From: an uncultured Pelagibacteraceae bacterium | GTDB lineage: Bacteria > Pseudomonadota > Alphaproteobacteria > Pelagibacterales > Pelagibacteraceae | Reading direction: 5' to 3' | Assembly (NCBI GenBank): GCA_902605645.1 | Contig: CACLDE010000004.1 | Coordinates: 8,718-72,717, forward strand | DNA length: 64,000 nt | Part shown: piece by piece, positions 51,720 through 64,000 of the stretch | Layout: each line of letters starts with the position of its first letter | Numbering within the stretch: the first letter of the stretch is position 1 | Translations under genes and position numbers: made by a program | The notes under the pieces: generated by a model | Databases searched by the model: none | Seen by the model: the letters and a program-made list of their open reading frames with translations, nothing else | What the model was told of the DNA's origin: nothing

Positions 51720-54392
51720 ATGAAATTTAATAGCAAAAATTCCTTTAAATCATTAGACACAATCAATTCATCAGGAGTGGACTATAAAATTTTTAATTTA
51801 AAAAACGCTGAAAAAAATGGTTTAGAAGGGATATCAAAACTACCAAAATCTTTAAAAGTTTTACTAGAAAACCTTCTGAGATTTGAAGATGAAATTACAG
51901 TTGATAAAAAACAAATATTAGCTTTAAAAGAATGGCTTAAGAATAAAAAATCAAACACTGAAATAGCTTACAGACCTGCTAGAACTTTATTACAAGATTA
52001 TACCGGTATTCCAGCTATTGCAGATCTTGCTGCTATGAGAGATGCTGTTAAAGAAAAAAACAAAGATCCAAATCAAATTAACCCATTATCTACAGTAGAT
52101 TTAGTTATAGATCACTCCGTTATGGTTGATGAATATGCATCTGGAAAATCGTTTGATCAAAACGTTAAAAAAGAATTTTCTAGAAATGGGGAGAGGTATG
52201 CATTTCTTAAATGGGGTCAAAAAGCTTTTAATAATTTAAGAGTTGTTCCTCCAGGAACTGGTATCTGTCATCAAGTTAATTTAGAATATTTAGCTAAAGT
52301 AGTGTGGTCATCTAAAAGCGGTGATGATCTTTATGCTTATCCAGACACCTTAGTTGGGACGGACAGCCATACGACAATGGTAAACGGACTGTCAGTTTTA
52401 GGATGGGGCGTAGGTGGAATAGAAGCCGAAGCAGCTATGTTAGGCCAACCTATATCAATGTTAATTCCAGAAGTCATTGGGGTGGAAATTAAAGGCAAAC
52501 TGCTTGAAGGATTAACAGCTACAGACTTAGTTTTAGCGATTGTTGAGATGCTCAGAAAAAAAGGTGTAGTAGGAAAATTTGTAGAATTTTATGGCGAGGG
52601 TTTAAAAAATCTCACATTAGCTGACAGAGCTACAATAGCAAACATGGCACCAGAGTACGGAGCAACATGTGGGTTTTTTCCAATTGATGAAGAAACTTTA
52701 AAATATTTAAAACTTTCTGGAAGAGACAAAGAAACTATTGAACTTGTAGAAAAATATTCAAAAGCGCAAGGTTTATGGGCAAGTGAAGACATGGAATTCA
52801 CAGACACTCTATCTTTAGATATTAGCACTGTAGTTCCAAGCATATCCGGTCCAAAAAGACCACAAGACAAAGTTTTATTAACAGACTCCGCGAAAAACTT
52901 CGCTAAAATTTATAAAGAAAATACAAAAAGACTTAAACCAACTCAAGCAGATGTTGCCGGTGCCGATTTTAAGATTACTGATGGTGATATTGTAATAGCA
53001 GCAATTACTTCTTGTACAAATACTTCAAATCCAAATGTCATGATTGGTGCAGGACTACTTGCAAAAAAAGCTATAGAAAAGGGTCTAAAAATTAAGCCAT
53101 GGGTAAAAACATCTTTAGCTCCAGGATCTAAAGTAGTTACCGACTATTTAGAGAAAGCAGGCTTAAACCAATATTTGGATGAACTTGGATTTAATTTAGT
53201 CGGCTATGGCTGCACAACTTGTATTGGAAATTCTGGTCCACTAAATAAAAATATTTCTGATGCGATACATAAAGAGAATTTATTCACAGTTTCTGTTTTA
53301 TCAGGAAATAGAAATTTTGAAGGAAGAATAAGTCCAGATGTTAAAGCTAATTATCTTGCTTCACCTCCGCTAGTAGTTGCTTTTGCTTTAGCTGGTAATA
53401 TGAATTTTGATATATACAAAAGCTCTCTTGGTTCTGACAAAGAAGGTAAAGAGGTATTTTTAAAAGATATCTGGCCAAGCAATAAAGAAATTGAAGATAT
53501 AATGTTAAAATCAATTGATGCTAAGATGTTTATTGATCGTTATTCAAATGTTTCAGTTGGCCCTAAAGAATGGAGTGATATAAAAACTGAGGATAGTAGC
53601 ATTTATAACTGGGAAGATAATTCTACTTACGTAAAAAAACCTCCTTTCTTTGATGACTTACCAGATCAGCCAGAGGGATTTAAGCCAATTAAAGATGCAA
53701 GGTTATTACTTTTATTAGCTGATTCCGTTACCACCGATCATATTTCTCCAGCAGGAAATATTAAAAAAGATAGCCCCACAGGTGATTATTTTATGAAAAA
53801 TCAAATACAACAAAAAGACTTTAATTCCTATGGAGCTAGAAGAGGGAATCATGAAGTGATGATGCGAGGCACATTCGGAAACATTAAAATTAGGAATGAA
53901 ATGGCCCCAGGAACTGAGGGAGGATATACCACCCTGCAGCCTGATGGGAAAGTTATGAGTGTCTATGATGCTGCTGTCGAATATAAAAAAAGAGGTAATG
54001 ATTTAATTGTAATGGCAGGTAAAGAATATGGAACAGGATCCTCAAGAGATTGGGCTGCAAAAGGGACAAAACTTTTAGGTATAAAAGCCGTTATCGCTGA
54101 AAGTTTTGAGAGAATTCATAGATCAAATTTAATAGGAATGGGTGTTTTACCATTACAGTTTAAAAATGGATTTGATAGAAAAAAATTAAATATCAACGGA
54201 TCTGAATTAATTACAGTTGTCGATATAGATAAAGGTATCAAACCTAGAGATGAAGTATCCTGTGAAATAAAATATAAAGATGGAACGAGTAAAACAATCA
54301 AGGTTATTTGCAGAATCGATACTCAAAATGAAGTTGAGTATTATAAAAATGGTGGAATACTTCAGTTTGTTTTAAGAAACATGTTTAATTAA
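51720..54392 (+). CDS. acnA: Aconitate hydratase A
   Basis: [31 protein letters not shown] and [10 protein letters not shown] motifs. Confidence 0.97.
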   Translation: MKFNSKNSFKSLDTINSSGVDYKIFNLKNAEKNGLEGISKLPKSLKVLLENLLRFEDEITVDKKQILALKEWLKNKKSNTEIAYRPARTLLQDYTGIPAIADLAAMRDAVKEKNKDPNQINPLSTVDLVIDHSVMVDEYASGKSFDQNVKKEFSRNGERYAFLKWGQKAFNNLRVVPPGTGICHQVNLEYLAKVVWSSKSGDDLYAYPDTLVGTDSHTTMVNGLSVLGWGVGGIEAEAAMLGQPISMLIPEVIGVEIKGKLLEGLTATDLVLAIVEMLRKKGVVGKFVEFYGEGLKNLTLADRATIANMAPEYGATCGFFPIDEETLKYLKLSGRDKETIELVEKYSKAQGLWASEDMEFTDTLSLDISTVVPSISGPKRPQDKVLLTDSAKNFAKIYKENTKRLKPTQADVAGADFKITDGDIVIAAITSCTNTSNPNVMIGAGLLAKKAIEKGLKIKPWVKTSLAPGSKVVTDYLEKAGLNQYLDELGFNLVGYGCTTCIGNSGPLNKNISDAIHKENLFTVSVLSGNRNFEGRISPDVKANYLASPPLVVAFALAGNMNFDIYKSSLGSDKEGKEVFLKDIWPSNKEIEDIMLKSIDAKMFIDRYSNVSVGPKEWSDIKTEDSSIYNWEDNSTYVKKPPFFDDLPDQPEGFKPIKDARLLLLLADSVTTDHISPAGNIKKDSPTGDYFMKNQIQQKDFNSYGARRGNHEVMMRGTFGNIKIRNEMAPGTEGGYTTLQPDGKVMSVYDAAVEYKKRGNDLIVMAGKEYGTGSSRDWAAKGTKLLGIKAVIAESFERIHRSNLIGMGVLPLQFKNGFDRKKLNINGSELITVVDIDKGIKPRDEVSCEIKYKDGTSKTIKVICRIDTQNEVEYYKNGGILQFVLRNMFN

Positions 54393-55900
54393 TGAGAAAT
54401 ATAATTGTAAAAGTCCATCCATCAAAATCAAATTTAAAAAAGAAAGAACAACTAGCTTGGAAAATTGCTGAGATAGCATCAGATAAGGCAAAAATTAACA
54501 AAAAGGCAGTCGAAATGGTCATTAATAGAATTATTGATAATGCTTCAGTAGCTATTGCCTCTTTTAATAGAAAGCCCGTTGTATCTGCTAGACAAATGGC
54601 ATTAGCTCATCTAAGAAAAAACGGTGCGAATATTTTTGGTTTGAACTCTAAAATTAAAGTTGATTGCGAATGGGCGGCATGGGCAAATGGTACAGCTGTA
54701 AGAGAATTAGATTACCATGATACCTTTTTAGCTGCAGACTATAGTCATCCAGGAGATAATATTCCAGCTATTCTGGCCGTAGCACAACAAAAAGGTTGTA
54801 ATGGATTGGACTTAATCAAAGGAATTCTAACAGGTTACGAAGTTCAAGTAAATTTAGTAAAGGGCATTTGTTTGCATGAACACAAAATAGACCATATTGC
54901 CCATTTAGGCCCAAGTGTTGCAGCAGGCATTGGAAGTTTATTAAAACTCAAAACAGATACAATCTATCAATCAGTTCAACAAGCTCTTCACACAACAGTT
55001 TCAACAAGGCAATCTCGAAAAGGTGAAATCTCAAGCTGGAAAGCTTTCGCTCCGGCGCATGCAGGTAAATTAGCAATTGAGTCTGTGGATCGATGTATGA
55101 GAGGCGAAGGTGCACCAAGTCCTATATATGAAGGTGAAGACAGTGTAATTGCATACGTACTATCTGGTCCAGGCAAAAAATATATCGTTCCATTACCCAA
55201 AATTAATGAATCAAAAAAAGCAATTTTAGAAACATATACCAAAGAACACTCAGCAGAATATCAATCTCAAGCATTGATTGATCTTGCAAGAAGTATGAAT
55301 AAAAAAATAAAAAATCTGAAAGATATTAATAAAGTTATTATTGAAACAAGTCATCACACTCATTACGTAATCGGAACAGGCGCTAAAGATCCTCAAAAAA
55401 TGGATCCTTATGCAAGTCGAGAGACTTTAGACCATTCAATTATGTATATATTTGCCGTAGCTTTAGAAGATGGTACTTGGCACCATGTAAAGTCTTATAC
55501 GCCGAAAAGAGCTAGAAGAAAAAGCACAGTTAAGCTTTGGCGTAAAATAATGACAAGAGAAAACAAAAAATGGACTAAAAAATATCACCATAAAGATCCA
55601 AAAAAAAAGTCTTTTGGTGGAAAAGTTATAATAAAAATGAGAAATGGCACATCAATTTCAGAAGAAATTAATGTTGCGGATGCTCACCCAGCAGGTAAAA
55701 AACCTTTTGGAAGGGAGGAGTATATTAACAAATTTAAAATGTTAACAGATGGTATAATTTCTAAGTCAGAGTCAGACAGATTTTTAAAGTTAGTTCAAAA
55801 TTTAAAAAATCTTAAATCTAAAGATCTTAAGGGATTAAATATAGAGGTAATGTCTAAAATTAAAAAGAGATCTAAAAATAGCAAAGGTATTTTTAGTTAA
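54392..55900 (+). CDS. prpD: MmgE/PrpD family 2-methylcitrate dehydratase
   Basis: [29 protein letters not shown] and RETLDHS motifs. Confidence 0.88.
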   Translation: MRNIIVKVHPSKSNLKKKEQLAWKIAEIASDKAKINKKAVEMVINRIIDNASVAIASFNRKPVVSARQMALAHLRKNGANIFGLNSKIKVDCEWAAWANGTAVRELDYHDTFLAADYSHPGDNIPAILAVAQQKGCNGLDLIKGILTGYEVQVNLVKGICLHEHKIDHIAHLGPSVAAGIGSLLKLKTDTIYQSVQQALHTTVSTRQSRKGEISSWKAFAPAHAGKLAIESVDRCMRGEGAPSPIYEGEDSVIAYVLSGPGKKYIVPLPKINESKKAILETYTKEHSAEYQSQALIDLARSMNKKIKNLKDINKVIIETSHHTHYVIGTGAKDPQKMDPYASRETLDHSIMYIFAVALEDGTWHHVKSYTPKRARRKSTVKLWRKIMTRENKKWTKKYHHKDPKKKSFGGKVIIKMRNGTSISEEINVADAHPAGKKPFGREEYINKFKMLTDGIISKSESDRFLKLVQNLKNLKSKDLKGLNIEVMSKIKKRSKNSKGIFS

Positions 55901-56859
55901 TTTATTTTTTTAGCAAGATCATTTGCGCTCAACCAAGCGTCCTCAACCTTCGGACCATTGAACCAATCACCACAACAGCCTAAATTATATTTTGTATTCC
56001 ATACACTTAAGAAAGGAGTTTTTTTATAATTATAAGAATACTTCCAACCATGAATTCTTTTGAATATTATATTATTTTTTTTAAATCCCGTTAATTTTAT
56101 AAAACGTGCAATTAATTTACTCATAATTGATTTATCAATTTTATACTTGTTAATCGTTTTTTTTGACCATTTAAGCGTCGCTTGCAATGTCCATAAATTT
56201 ATATTCGATTTAAATCTTTTTTTACTATTTTCATTTGCAGCCCAAGCTAAAATATCATCATTAAAATTTATTGAGCTTATAGGTATGTTTTTTTGATTTT
56301 TAAAAGCAACCATAACAGTAATATTTGGTTCCATTTGAATTTTAAGATTCGTAATTTTTTTATCCAAATAATCTTTCGCTAATTTTTTTAATTGAGGAAA
56401 AGGACAAGTTAAAATTAATGATTTAAATTTATGTTTAGATTGATCTTTAAGAGTTATTTCCCAAAAAAACTTTTTAAAATTAATTTTTACAATTGGAGAG
56501 GACAATGATTGTTTAACTCTTTTTAAATTATGTTTAACTAAATCATTATTTGCTGTTTGACCAATATATTTTTTTGTCTTAGATCTTTTTTTAAAAGTAA
56601 AATCTATATGATTATCATCCCAGCTTTTTAAAATTTTCTTTTTATAAAGTTTTTTAATAAATTTAGTAAATATTTTTGACTTTGGAGAAATATACTGAAC
56701 TCCGTGATCAAAACTTAAATTATTTTTAAATCTTTTATTAGACGATCTTCCTCCAGGACCTCTAGCCTTATCAAACACGTGCACTGAGTATTTTTTGGAT
56801 AAAATATTTGCTATTGTCGACCCAGATACTCCAGATCCCAAAACACAAAAATCTATCAT
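55897..56859 (-). CDS. Renalase-like NAD(P)/FAD-dependent oxidoreductase
   Basis: [26 protein letters not shown] and [14 protein letters not shown] motifs. Confidence 0.85.
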   Translation of the reverse strand: MIDFCVLGSGVSGSTIANILSKKYSVHVFDKARGPGGRSSNKRFKNNLSFDHGVQYISPKSKIFTKFIKKLYKKKILKSWDDNHIDFTFKKRSKTKKYIGQTANNDLVKHNLKRVKQSLSSPIVKINFKKFFWEITLKDQSKHKFKSLILTCPFPQLKKLAKDYLDKKITNLKIQMEPNITVMVAFKNQKNIPISSINFNDDILAWAANENSKKRFKSNINLWTLQATLKWSKKTINKYKIDKSIMSKLIARFIKLTGFKKNNIIFKRIHGWKYSYNYKKTPFLSVWNTKYNLGCCGDWFNGPKVEDAWLSANDLAKKIN

Positions 56860-57476
56860 ATACTAAAAAGAAATTCGTATTGTTCTTTAATTGTGAGAAT
56901 TTCCATGTTTACTAATCCACCAATTATTAGTTGTAGTGCAACAATTATTATTACAAAAATACCTACATAACCTAACCATTTGTGGTCCTTAATGTAATTA
57001 GCAAAGTAAGTTGCAAGAGTTGCTACTAAAAAAACTGAAAGAAGCAATCCAGTTATCATTAAATAATAGTAGTCTTTTGCTGCTCCAACTACTCCAAGCA
57101 CGTTATCAAAACTTAGAGTGATATCGGCTATTAAGATTCTATAAACACCAGTTTTAAAAGATACCGGCTCTTTAGATTTTACTTCTGGTGATTTAATTTT
57201 ATTCTTACCAAATAAATCTTGTCTAATATTGTAAACTATCCATAAAAGCGCCAGTCCACCCAAAATCTTTATCCACGCATATTCAAGCATGTAATCTGTG
57301 CCAAAAGCAAAAAATATTCTAAATACGAATGCACCAGCAACTCCCCATGCAATTATTTTCTTTTTATTTTGAGGTGCAAAATTTGCAGCAATAAGACCGA
57401 TAATGATCGCATTATCAGCGGCCATCACAATATCAATAAGTATGATTTGTATAGCAATTACGAATTGTTCTAACAT
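56856..57476 (-). CDS. TerC/YjbE family membrane protein
   Basis: IDIVMAADNAII and ADITLSFDNV motifs. Confidence 0.88.
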   Translation of the reverse strand: MLEQFVIAIQIILIDIVMAADNAIIIGLIAANFAPQNKKKIIAWGVAGAFVFRIFFAFGTDYMLEYAWIKILGGLALLWIVYNIRQDLFGKNKIKSPEVKSKEPVSFKTGVYRILIADITLSFDNVLGVVGAAKDYYYLMITGLLLSVFLVATLATYFANYIKDHKWLGYVGIFVIIIVALQLIIGGLVNMEILTIKEQYEFLFSI

Positions 57477-57535
57477 TTTATAGACTTCTTATATAATTTA
57501 ATTGTTTCATAATAAAGAATAATTTATCCATAAGC

Positions 57536-58870
57536 ATGTTCACTTTAAGGCTATCTTCCAATGTAACAAAATGGCAAATATTTAAATTATCCATTCCAAT
57601 TTTTTTTTCGAACCTAGCTATACCTTTTGTCGGCATTGTGGATACAGGACTGATGGGTCATTTAGAGAATGAAAAATACTTAATAGCTGTAAGTATTTCA
57701 TCAACCTTTTTAACAATTATTCTGTGGAGTTTTGGGTTCTTAAGAATGGGAACAGTTGGTCTTGTATCACAAGCATTTGGAAAAAGTGATTATAGAGAAT
57801 TAGTAAATATAATATTAAGAAATTTGCTTATAGCTATTGTTATAGCCTTCTTCATAATAATTCTTAAACCAGTAATATTAAATATTGTTTATCAAATATT
57901 TGCTGTTTCCTCAGAAACAAGCGTATTTATCAAAGATTATATTTCAATTCGTGTTTTATCGGCTCCAGCTGAATTAATAATTTATGTTTTTACTGGTTTT
58001 TTTCTTGGTATTCAAAGAACTTTGATTTCAAGTTTTTTAATAATTTTACTTAGCTTACTTAATATATGTTTTAGCATTTACTTTGTGAATGAATTAGATT
58101 TAAACGTAAAAGGAGTCGCATTAGGAACCGTACTGTCTGCATACACTACAGTTTTATTCTTTTCTATTTTTACATATTTTTATATTATAAAAAAATTTAA
58201 AGTAATACCAAGATTTAATTATAAAAAAATATTTTATTTTAAAAAGATAATTAAACTTTTGAATATAAATTTTAATATTTTTATTAGAACTATTCTTTTA
58301 ACTTTTTCATTTTTTTGGATTACCTATTTAGGCTCTACTCTCGGCGAGCAGTATATAGCAGTAAATTCTATACTTTTACAATTAATTTTTATTTCATCCT
58401 TTTTCTTAGATGCCTATGCCTTTTCCACTGAAGGTATCGTAGGTTATTCTATAGGTAAAAAATCACAAAAGATGTTTATCACTGTAACCAAAAATTCTCT
58501 TATTTTAAGTTTTAGCACTGGTATATTAATTTCTATTTTTTTCCTTCTTTTTGCTAAAGAAATAATAAATTTAATAACTGATTTAGAATTATTAAGATTT
58601 ATGAGTTATAAATATTTAATTTGGGTAATTCTAATTCCTCCGATAGCTTCCATTGCCTATCAGCTTGATGGGATTTTTATAGGTGCAACCCAAACAAAAG
58701 AATTAAGAAACGGTATGATTGTTTCAGTTTTTATATATCTTTTGTTGTCTTTTTTTCTTACAAAACAATTGCATAATTATGGAATATGGTTTTCTTTATT
58801 TCTATTTATGATATTAAGAGCATCTACTTTACATTTTTATTTTTCAAAAATATTAAATAAATTTAAATGA
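57536..58870 (+). CDS. MATE efflux transporter (DinF-like)
   Basis: VDTGLMGHL, FGFLRMGT, FIRT and QLDGIFIG motifs. Confidence 0.9.
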   Translation: MFTLRLSSNVTKWQIFKLSIPIFFSNLAIPFVGIVDTGLMGHLENEKYLIAVSISSTFLTIILWSFGFLRMGTVGLVSQAFGKSDYRELVNIILRNLLIAIVIAFFIIILKPVILNIVYQIFAVSSETSVFIKDYISIRVLSAPAELIIYVFTGFFLGIQRTLISSFLIILLSLLNICFSIYFVNELDLNVKGVALGTVLSAYTTVLFFSIFTYFYIIKKFKVIPRFNYKKIFYFKKIIKLLNINFNIFIRTILLTFSFFWITYLGSTLGEQYIAVNSILLQLIFISSFFLDAYAFSTEGIVGYSIGKKSQKMFITVTKNSLILSFSTGILISIFFLLFAKEIINLITDLELLRFMSYKYLIWVILIPPIASIAYQLDGIFIGATQTKELRNGMIVSVFIYLLLSFFLTKQLHNYGIWFSLFLFMILRASTLHFYFSKILNKFK

Positions 58871-59733
58871 ACATAATTTATAAATTACCCGGATATGTCT
58901 TATGTTTACTTGGTGGTTTTTTTTTAAGTTGGGGAGGCTTAATAATAAGATCATTTGAAACAAATGATATTTGGAAAATACTTTTAATTAGATCCTTTTT
59001 TTTTATAATTGCTTTAATTTTTTTTTTAATTCTAACCTATAAAAAAAATACTGCTGAAGTTATAAAAAAATCAGGATTTCCCGCTATCATTGCAGGTTTA
59101 TTTTTATCTCTAAGTTTTGTTGCCTATGTTGTCGCAATGTCTAAAACAACTGTTGCTAATGTTGTTTTTATCATAAGCACGCAAACAATTTTTTTGGCAA
59201 TATTTGGCCTCTTATTTCTTAAAGAAAAAATTGCTTTCAAAGGCTTGATATCCATAGCCTTAGCATTTTTAGGCATGGTAATAATGGTTGAAGACTCGTT
59301 TAACCAAGGAACTTTAATTGGAAATATGGTTGCATTCGCCATTCCTATTAACTTTACCATACTTGTAATGATTATTAGAAAATTTCCTGATCTCGATATG
59401 GTTCCTGCAATATTCTACTCTGGTATTTTTAGTATTATTTATGGATTATTTTTAGCTAGTGACTTAGTTTTTTCAACGAACGATATTATAATGGGTTTTT
59501 TATTAGGTGTTCCACAACTTGCTTTTGGATTTATATGTGTAACCATAGGAACTAAAACAACTAAGGCGGTAACTGTTGGATTATTAATGTTGCTAGAAAC
59601 AATTTTTGCACCTATTTGGGTTTGGATCTTTTTGAACGAGCTACCACCAAAAAGTGTATTTTTGGGGGGTATAATAATAATTTTCGCAGTTATTTTAAAA
59701 AGTTTTGATAAATCAGGAAAAATAAGCAACTAA
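58867..59733 (+). CDS. DMT/EamA family transporter
   Basis: SWGGLIIR, FLKEK and LETIFAPIWVW motifs. Confidence 0.87.
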   Translation: MNIIYKLPGYVLCLLGGFFLSWGGLIIRSFETNDIWKILLIRSFFFIIALIFFLILTYKKNTAEVIKKSGFPAIIAGLFLSLSFVAYVVAMSKTTVANVVFIISTQTIFLAIFGLLFLKEKIAFKGLISIALAFLGMVIMVEDSFNQGTLIGNMVAFAIPINFTILVMIIRKFPDLDMVPAIFYSGIFSIIYGLFLASDLVFSTNDIIMGFLLGVPQLAFGFICVTIGTKTTKAVTVGLLMLLETIFAPIWVWIFLNELPPKSVFLGGIIIIFAVILKSFDKSGKISN

Positions 59734-59773
59734 AATAATTGACTTTTTTAGTTTAATGAAGGAAAGTCCAAAT

Positions 59774-59920
59774 GTAACGGGAGAGTCTACTTTAATGTAG
59801 CGCCGAAGGAGCAACCACCCCGGAAACTCTCAGGCAAAAGGACCGTTACCGTAATAACTCTGGAAAGCAGGCTAAGCCTCACCGAAGGAGTAAATCTCTC
59901 AGGTCTCAAAACAGATGGGG
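59774..59920 (+). ncRNA. Tandem glycine riboswitch
   Basis: Aptamer 1 GTAACG-GGAGAG...CGCCGAAGGAGCAA...CTCTCAGG..CGTTAC (59774-59849); aptamer 2 CTCTGGAAAG...CACCGAAGGAG.AA.CTCTCAGG...CAGA; directly upstream of gcvT. Confidence 0.96.
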
Positions 59921-59937
59921 TATAAAAAAGAGTTATT

Positions 59938-61032
59938 ATGGCTATACAAAAAACGGCGTTATACGATTTACATAAAAGTTTAGGAGCTAAATTTGTTCCA
60001 TTCGCTGGCTATGAAATGCCAATTCAGTACAAGGATGGTATTGTTAAAGAACATATTTCAACACGGACACATGCTGGTTTTTTTGACGTCTCGCACATGG
60101 GACAATTTTTTTTAGAAGGTGACGAAACATTAGTAGAAGCCTTAGAGAGAATAATTCCCTCAGATTTAAAATCATTAAAAGTCAATCATTCAAAGTATTC
60201 TTTTTTATTAAACGACAACGGGGGAATTATAGATGACTTAATTGTTACAAAAACAAATAGTGGTTTCTGTATAATTTTAAATGCAGCATGTAAAGAAAAT
60301 GATATCAAACATATATCTAAATTTTTAGGTACAAATCATAAATTTCTTTTGAATAACGATTTATCCTTAATAGCTTTACAAGGACCTAAGTCAGTAGAGA
60401 TATTAGAGAAACTAATACCAGGCGTGTCAAAATTAAAATTTATGACAGGAAATAATTTTAATTACGATAGTGAAAGTCTTTACATAACAAGATCTGGATA
60501 CACAGGAGAAGACGGTTTTGAAATTTCAATTTCTAATAAGAAAGTCAAAGCCCTTATTGATTTTTTAATAAATAACGGAGTTAAGCCTATAGGCTTAGGT
60601 GCTAGGGATACATTAAGATTAGAAGCTGGATTATGTCTTTATGGTCATGACTTAAATGAAAAAATTAATCCTATAGAAGCTAATCTTAAATGGGCGATCG
60701 CAAAAAAAAGGAAAGAGGTTGGTGGTTTTAACGGTTGGAATAAAATCAAAAGTTTATTAATAAATGGAAGTAAAAAAATAAGAGTCGGTATTAAACCAGA
60801 AGGAAAAGTTATAGCTAGAGAAAACACAAAAATTTTTTCATCTGATAATGAAGAAATCGGTCTTGTAACAAGTGGAACCTTTGGCCCAAGTGTTAATGGA
60901 CCAGTGGCGATGGGTTACGTTAAATCAAAATTTTCTAAAATTGGAACTTTAATACAGCTTGAAGTAAGAGGAAAAAAATATGGAGGCAAAGTTTCGGGAC
61001 TTCCATTTTATAAAAAAAATTATGTTAAATAA
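59938..61032 (+). CDS. gcvT: Glycine cleavage aminomethyltransferase T
   Basis: [26 protein letters not shown] and [13 protein letters not shown] motifs. Confidence 0.97.
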   Translation: MAIQKTALYDLHKSLGAKFVPFAGYEMPIQYKDGIVKEHISTRTHAGFFDVSHMGQFFLEGDETLVEALERIIPSDLKSLKVNHSKYSFLLNDNGGIIDDLIVTKTNSGFCIILNAACKENDIKHISKFLGTNHKFLLNNDLSLIALQGPKSVEILEKLIPGVSKLKFMTGNNFNYDSESLYITRSGYTGEDGFEISISNKKVKALIDFLINNGVKPIGLGARDTLRLEAGLCLYGHDLNEKINPIEANLKWAIAKKRKEVGGFNGWNKIKSLLINGSKKIRVGIKPEGKVIARENTKIFSSDNEEIGLVTSGTFGPSVNGPVAMGYVKSKFSKIGTLIQLEVRGKKYGGKVSGLPFYKKNYVK

Positions 61033-61046
61033 TAAAGGAGATAAAA

Positions 61047-61427
61047 ATGAGTGAAAAAAAATTTTCAAAAAAACATGAATGGGTTTCTTTAGAAGGAGAT
61101 ATAGCAACAGTCGGTATAACTAAACACGCAACTGAAATGCTTGGAGATATAGTTTTCGTAGAAGTACCAAATGCTGGTAAATCTATAGAGAAAGAAGGGC
61201 AGGCGGCTGTTGTAGAATCTACTAAGGCAGCTAGCGATGTTTATTCACCAATTTCAGGAGAAGTTACTGAAGGAAATAAAGTTATAGCTGATGATCCAGG
61301 AAGTGTTAACGGAGATCCCGAGGGAAAAAGTTGGTTTTTTAAATTAAAGATAAAAGACAAAGGGGAGCTTGATTCGTTAATGTCAAAAGATGAATATGAT
61401 AAATTTTGTAAGGAGAATCCAAATTAA
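61047..61427 (+). CDS. gcvH: Glycine cleavage H protein
   Basis: [12 protein letters not shown] and VESTKAASD (lipoyl Lys) motifs. Confidence 0.97.
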   Translation: MSEKKFSKKHEWVSLEGDIATVGITKHATEMLGDIVFVEVPNAGKSIEKEGQAAVVESTKAASDVYSPISGEVTEGNKVIADDPGSVNGDPEGKSWFFKLKIKDKGELDSLMSKDEYDKFCKENPN

Positions 61428-64000
61428 ATGATTGATGATACTTCAAAAGAATTCATAAAAAGACATATTGGACCTTCAGATGTGGAGCAGTCAAAAATGC
61501 TTCAACATGTAGGATATAGTTCGCTTGAAGATTTAATGAAAAATACTGTTCCAGAAAAAATTTTGTTAAAAGATGATCTTAATATAAATGAGCCATTGTC
61601 TGAAAATGATGCTTTAAAAAAATTAAAATCTATATCTAAAAAAAATAAAATCTTTAAAAACTTTATTGGTATGGGATATTATAACTCCATTACTCCAAAT
61701 GTAATTTTAAGAAACATCTTAGAAAACCCGGGTTGGTATACCTCTTATACACCTTACCAACCAGAAGTAGCTCAAGGTCGTCTTGAAATGCTTTTAAATT
61801 TTCAACAAACAATAATTGATCTTACAGGAATGGATATTGCTAATGCTTCTTTACTTGACGAAGCTACTGCTACAGCGGAGGCAGTTGGTTTATCTCAAAG
61901 ATTAGACAAAACAAACGCAAAAAAAATATTTATTTCAAGAAATTGCAATCCACAGACAATTGATCTTATCAAAACTCGTACAAAACCATTTGGTTTAGAA
62001 CTAATCATTGGCGACGAAAAAAAAGAATTATCAAAAATTAACAAAGATATTATTTGTGGGGTCTTAGCTTATCCTGGAACTTTGGGTGAGATAATAGATC
62101 CCAGTGAAAGCATAAGTCAAATTCACAAAAAAAATGGGAAAGCAATTTTAATCTGTGATTTATTATCTTTAACCAGGTTAAAAACTCCAGCAGAACTTGG
62201 TGCTGATATAGCTGTAGGTAGTGCTCAAAGATTTGGTATTCCTATGGGCTATGGCGGTCCACATGCAGCATTTTTTGCTACTAAAGAGGAATTTAAAAGA
62301 TCAATGCCAGGTAGAATTATAGGTGTATCAAAAGATAGACACGGCAAAAAAGCATACAGACTTTCTTTACAAACAAGGGAACAACATATTAGACGCGATA
62401 AAGCAACTAGCAACATATGTACGGCCCAGGCATTATTAGCAATAATATCTGCAGCCTTTGCTATTTACCATGGACCTGATGGGATACTTAAAATAGCTAA
62501 TAGAACCTCTAAGTTAGCAAAATTATTTGCTGATGAAATTAAAAAAGGTGGTTACCAAATTTTATCAGAACACTTTTTTGATACAGTAACAATTGAAACA
62601 AACGATAAGACAAACTCTATTTATCAAACTGCTATAAGTGAAAATATTAATTTAAGAAAAGTTGATGACAAACACATATCAGTTGCATTTGATGAGGCAA
62701 AAAAACTTAATGATGTTAATATATTGTTAAAAATATTTGGAGTTTCTAAAATAATTAATCAGGCTGTAAAAGTTGAGCTAAATAATCTTCCTAAAAGTCT
62801 TCTAAGAACCTCAAAGTATCTTACTCATCCTGTTTTCAATAAGTACCATTCAGAAACAGAGATGCTAAGGTATTTAAAAAAACTCGAAGATTGTGATATA
62901 GCGCTTAATCGATCCATGATAGCTCTAGGTTCTTGTACTATGAAACTTAATGCAACGGCCGAGTTAATGCCTATTACTTGGAAGGAATTTTCTTTGCCTC
63001 ATCCATTTGTGCCAACAGACCAAATGGAAGGATATAAAATTTTATTTAATGACCTAATAAACGATTTAAAAGAAATCACTGGATATGACGCAGTTTCTTT
63101 ACAACCAAATTCTGGTGCTCAGGGTGAATATGCAGGGTTAATGACAATAAGAAAATTTCACGAAAGCAACGGACAAGGTGATCGAGACGTATGCTTAATT
63201 CCAAACTCAGCGCACGGAACTAATCCAGCAAGTGCTCAAATGAGTGGAATGAAAGTGGTTGTTATAAACTGCGATGAAGATGGTAACGTTGATCTAAGTG
63301 ATTTGAAAAATAAAGCAGAAAAATATTCAAAAAATTTAGCTGCTTTAATGGTCACTTACCCTTCTACTCATGGAGTATTTGAAGAAAAAATTATTGAAAT
63401 TTGCGATGTTATCCATAAAAATGGCGGCCAGGTTTACATGGACGGAGCAAATTTGAATGCTCTAGTCGGTATTGCAAAACCAGGAAAATTTGGACCGGAT
63501 GTCTGTCATATTAATTTGCACAAAACATTTTGCATACCACATGGTGGTGGAGGACCAGGAATGGGACCAATTGCGTGCGCAAAACATTTAGCTGATTTTC
63601 TTCCAACTCATGAAATAATTAAAGACGCAGGACCAAAAAATGGAATGGGTGCTGTTTCAGCTGCACCGTGGGGAAGTTCAAGTATTTTACCTATATCCTG
63701 GATGTATATAAAGATGATGGGGGCTGAAGGTTTGAAAAAAGCATCACAAATTTCAATTCTAAACGCAAATTATATTTCAAAGAAATTATCTAAAGATTAC
63801 AAAGTTTTATACACTGGTAAAAATGGAAATGTAGCACATGAGTGCATAATAGATATTAGACCAATTAAAGCTAGTTCAGGAATTTCAGAAGAAGATTTAG
63901 CTAAAAGATTAATTGATTTTGGTTATCATGCTCCAACAATGTCTTGGCCGGTTGCAGGAACAATTATGATAGAGCCTACAGAGAGTGAAAATTTAGAAGA
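61428..64000 (+). CDS. gcvP: Glycine dehydrogenase P protein (3'-truncated by window edge; absent from the ORF track)
   Basis: ATG 61428; RHIGP, WYTSYTPYQPEVAQGRLE, NLHKTFCIPHGGGGPG and HAPTMSWP; still in frame at the window end. Confidence 0.96.
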   Translation, partial: MIDDTSKEFIKRHIGPSDVEQSKMLQHVGYSSLEDLMKNTVPEKILLKDDLNINEPLSENDALKKLKSISKKNKIFKNFIGMGYYNSITPNVILRNILENPGWYTSYTPYQPEVAQGRLEMLLNFQQTIIDLTGMDIANASLLDEATATAEAVGLSQRLDKTNAKKIFISRNCNPQTIDLIKTRTKPFGLELIIGDEKKELSKINKDIICGVLAYPGTLGEIIDPSESISQIHKKNGKAILICDLLSLTRLKTPAELGADIAVGSAQRFGIPMGYGGPHAAFFATKEEFKRSMPGRIIGVSKDRHGKKAYRLSLQTREQHIRRDKATSNICTAQALLAIISAAFAIYHGPDGILKIANRTSKLAKLFADEIKKGGYQILSEHFFDTVTIETNDKTNSIYQTAISENINLRKVDDKHISVAFDEAKKLNDVNILLKIFGVSKIINQAVKVELNNLPKSLLRTSKYLTHPVFNKYHSETEMLRYLKKLEDCDIALNRSMIALGSCTMKLNATAELMPITWKEFSLPHPFVPTDQMEGYKILFNDLINDLKEITGYDAVSLQPNSGAQGEYAGLMTIRKFHESNGQGDRDVCLIPNSAHGTNPASAQMSGMKVVVINCDEDGNVDLSDLKNKAEKYSKNLAALMVTYPSTHGVFEEKIIEICDVIHKNGGQVYMDGANLNALVGIAKPGKFGPDVCHINLHKTFCIPHGGGGPGMGPIACAKHLADFLPTHEIIKDAGPKNGMGAVSAAPWGSSSILPISWMYIKMMGAEGLKKASQISILNANYISKKLSKDYKVLYTGKNGNVAHECIIDIRPIKASSGISEEDLAKRLIDFGYHAPTMSWPVAGTIMIEPTESENLE

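Overview
Very AT-rich, densely packed chromosomal DNA with tiny intergenic spacers. Gene content and RNA motifs point to a SAR11/Pelagibacterales alphaproteobacterium (inference). In order: ilvH(partial)-ilvC-leuA-mreBCD-mrdA-rodA-bactofilin; a DadA-like oxidoreductase/EamA/2-hydroxyacid dehydrogenase operon; soxBDAG converging on a dimethylglycine dehydrogenase-etfBA-ETF-QO unit; metY under a tandem SAM-II + terminator + SAM-V riboswitch; cysE, msrB, ccdA, rbsK and grxC; two Liv-type ABC transporters, azlCD, glutarate dioxygenase (csiD/glaH), a beta-barrel OMP and tctCBA; a cytochrome b561/DUF411/cytochrome c' module; acnA-prpD; and gcvT-gcvH-gcvP(partial) under a tandem glycine riboswitch. 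I saw no mobile element, CRISPR array, tRNA or rRNA. Five frameshifts (mrdA, a histidine phosphatase, three in proC) all fall in homopolymer runs and are most likely sequencing errors. I cannot demonstrate a wholly new system. The best candidates are the tandem SAM riboswitch on metY, overlapping bidirectional -10 promoters driving leaderless genes, the b561/DUF411/c' redox module and the dicarboxylate/glutarate uptake block. Family assignments come from motif recognition, not database searches.
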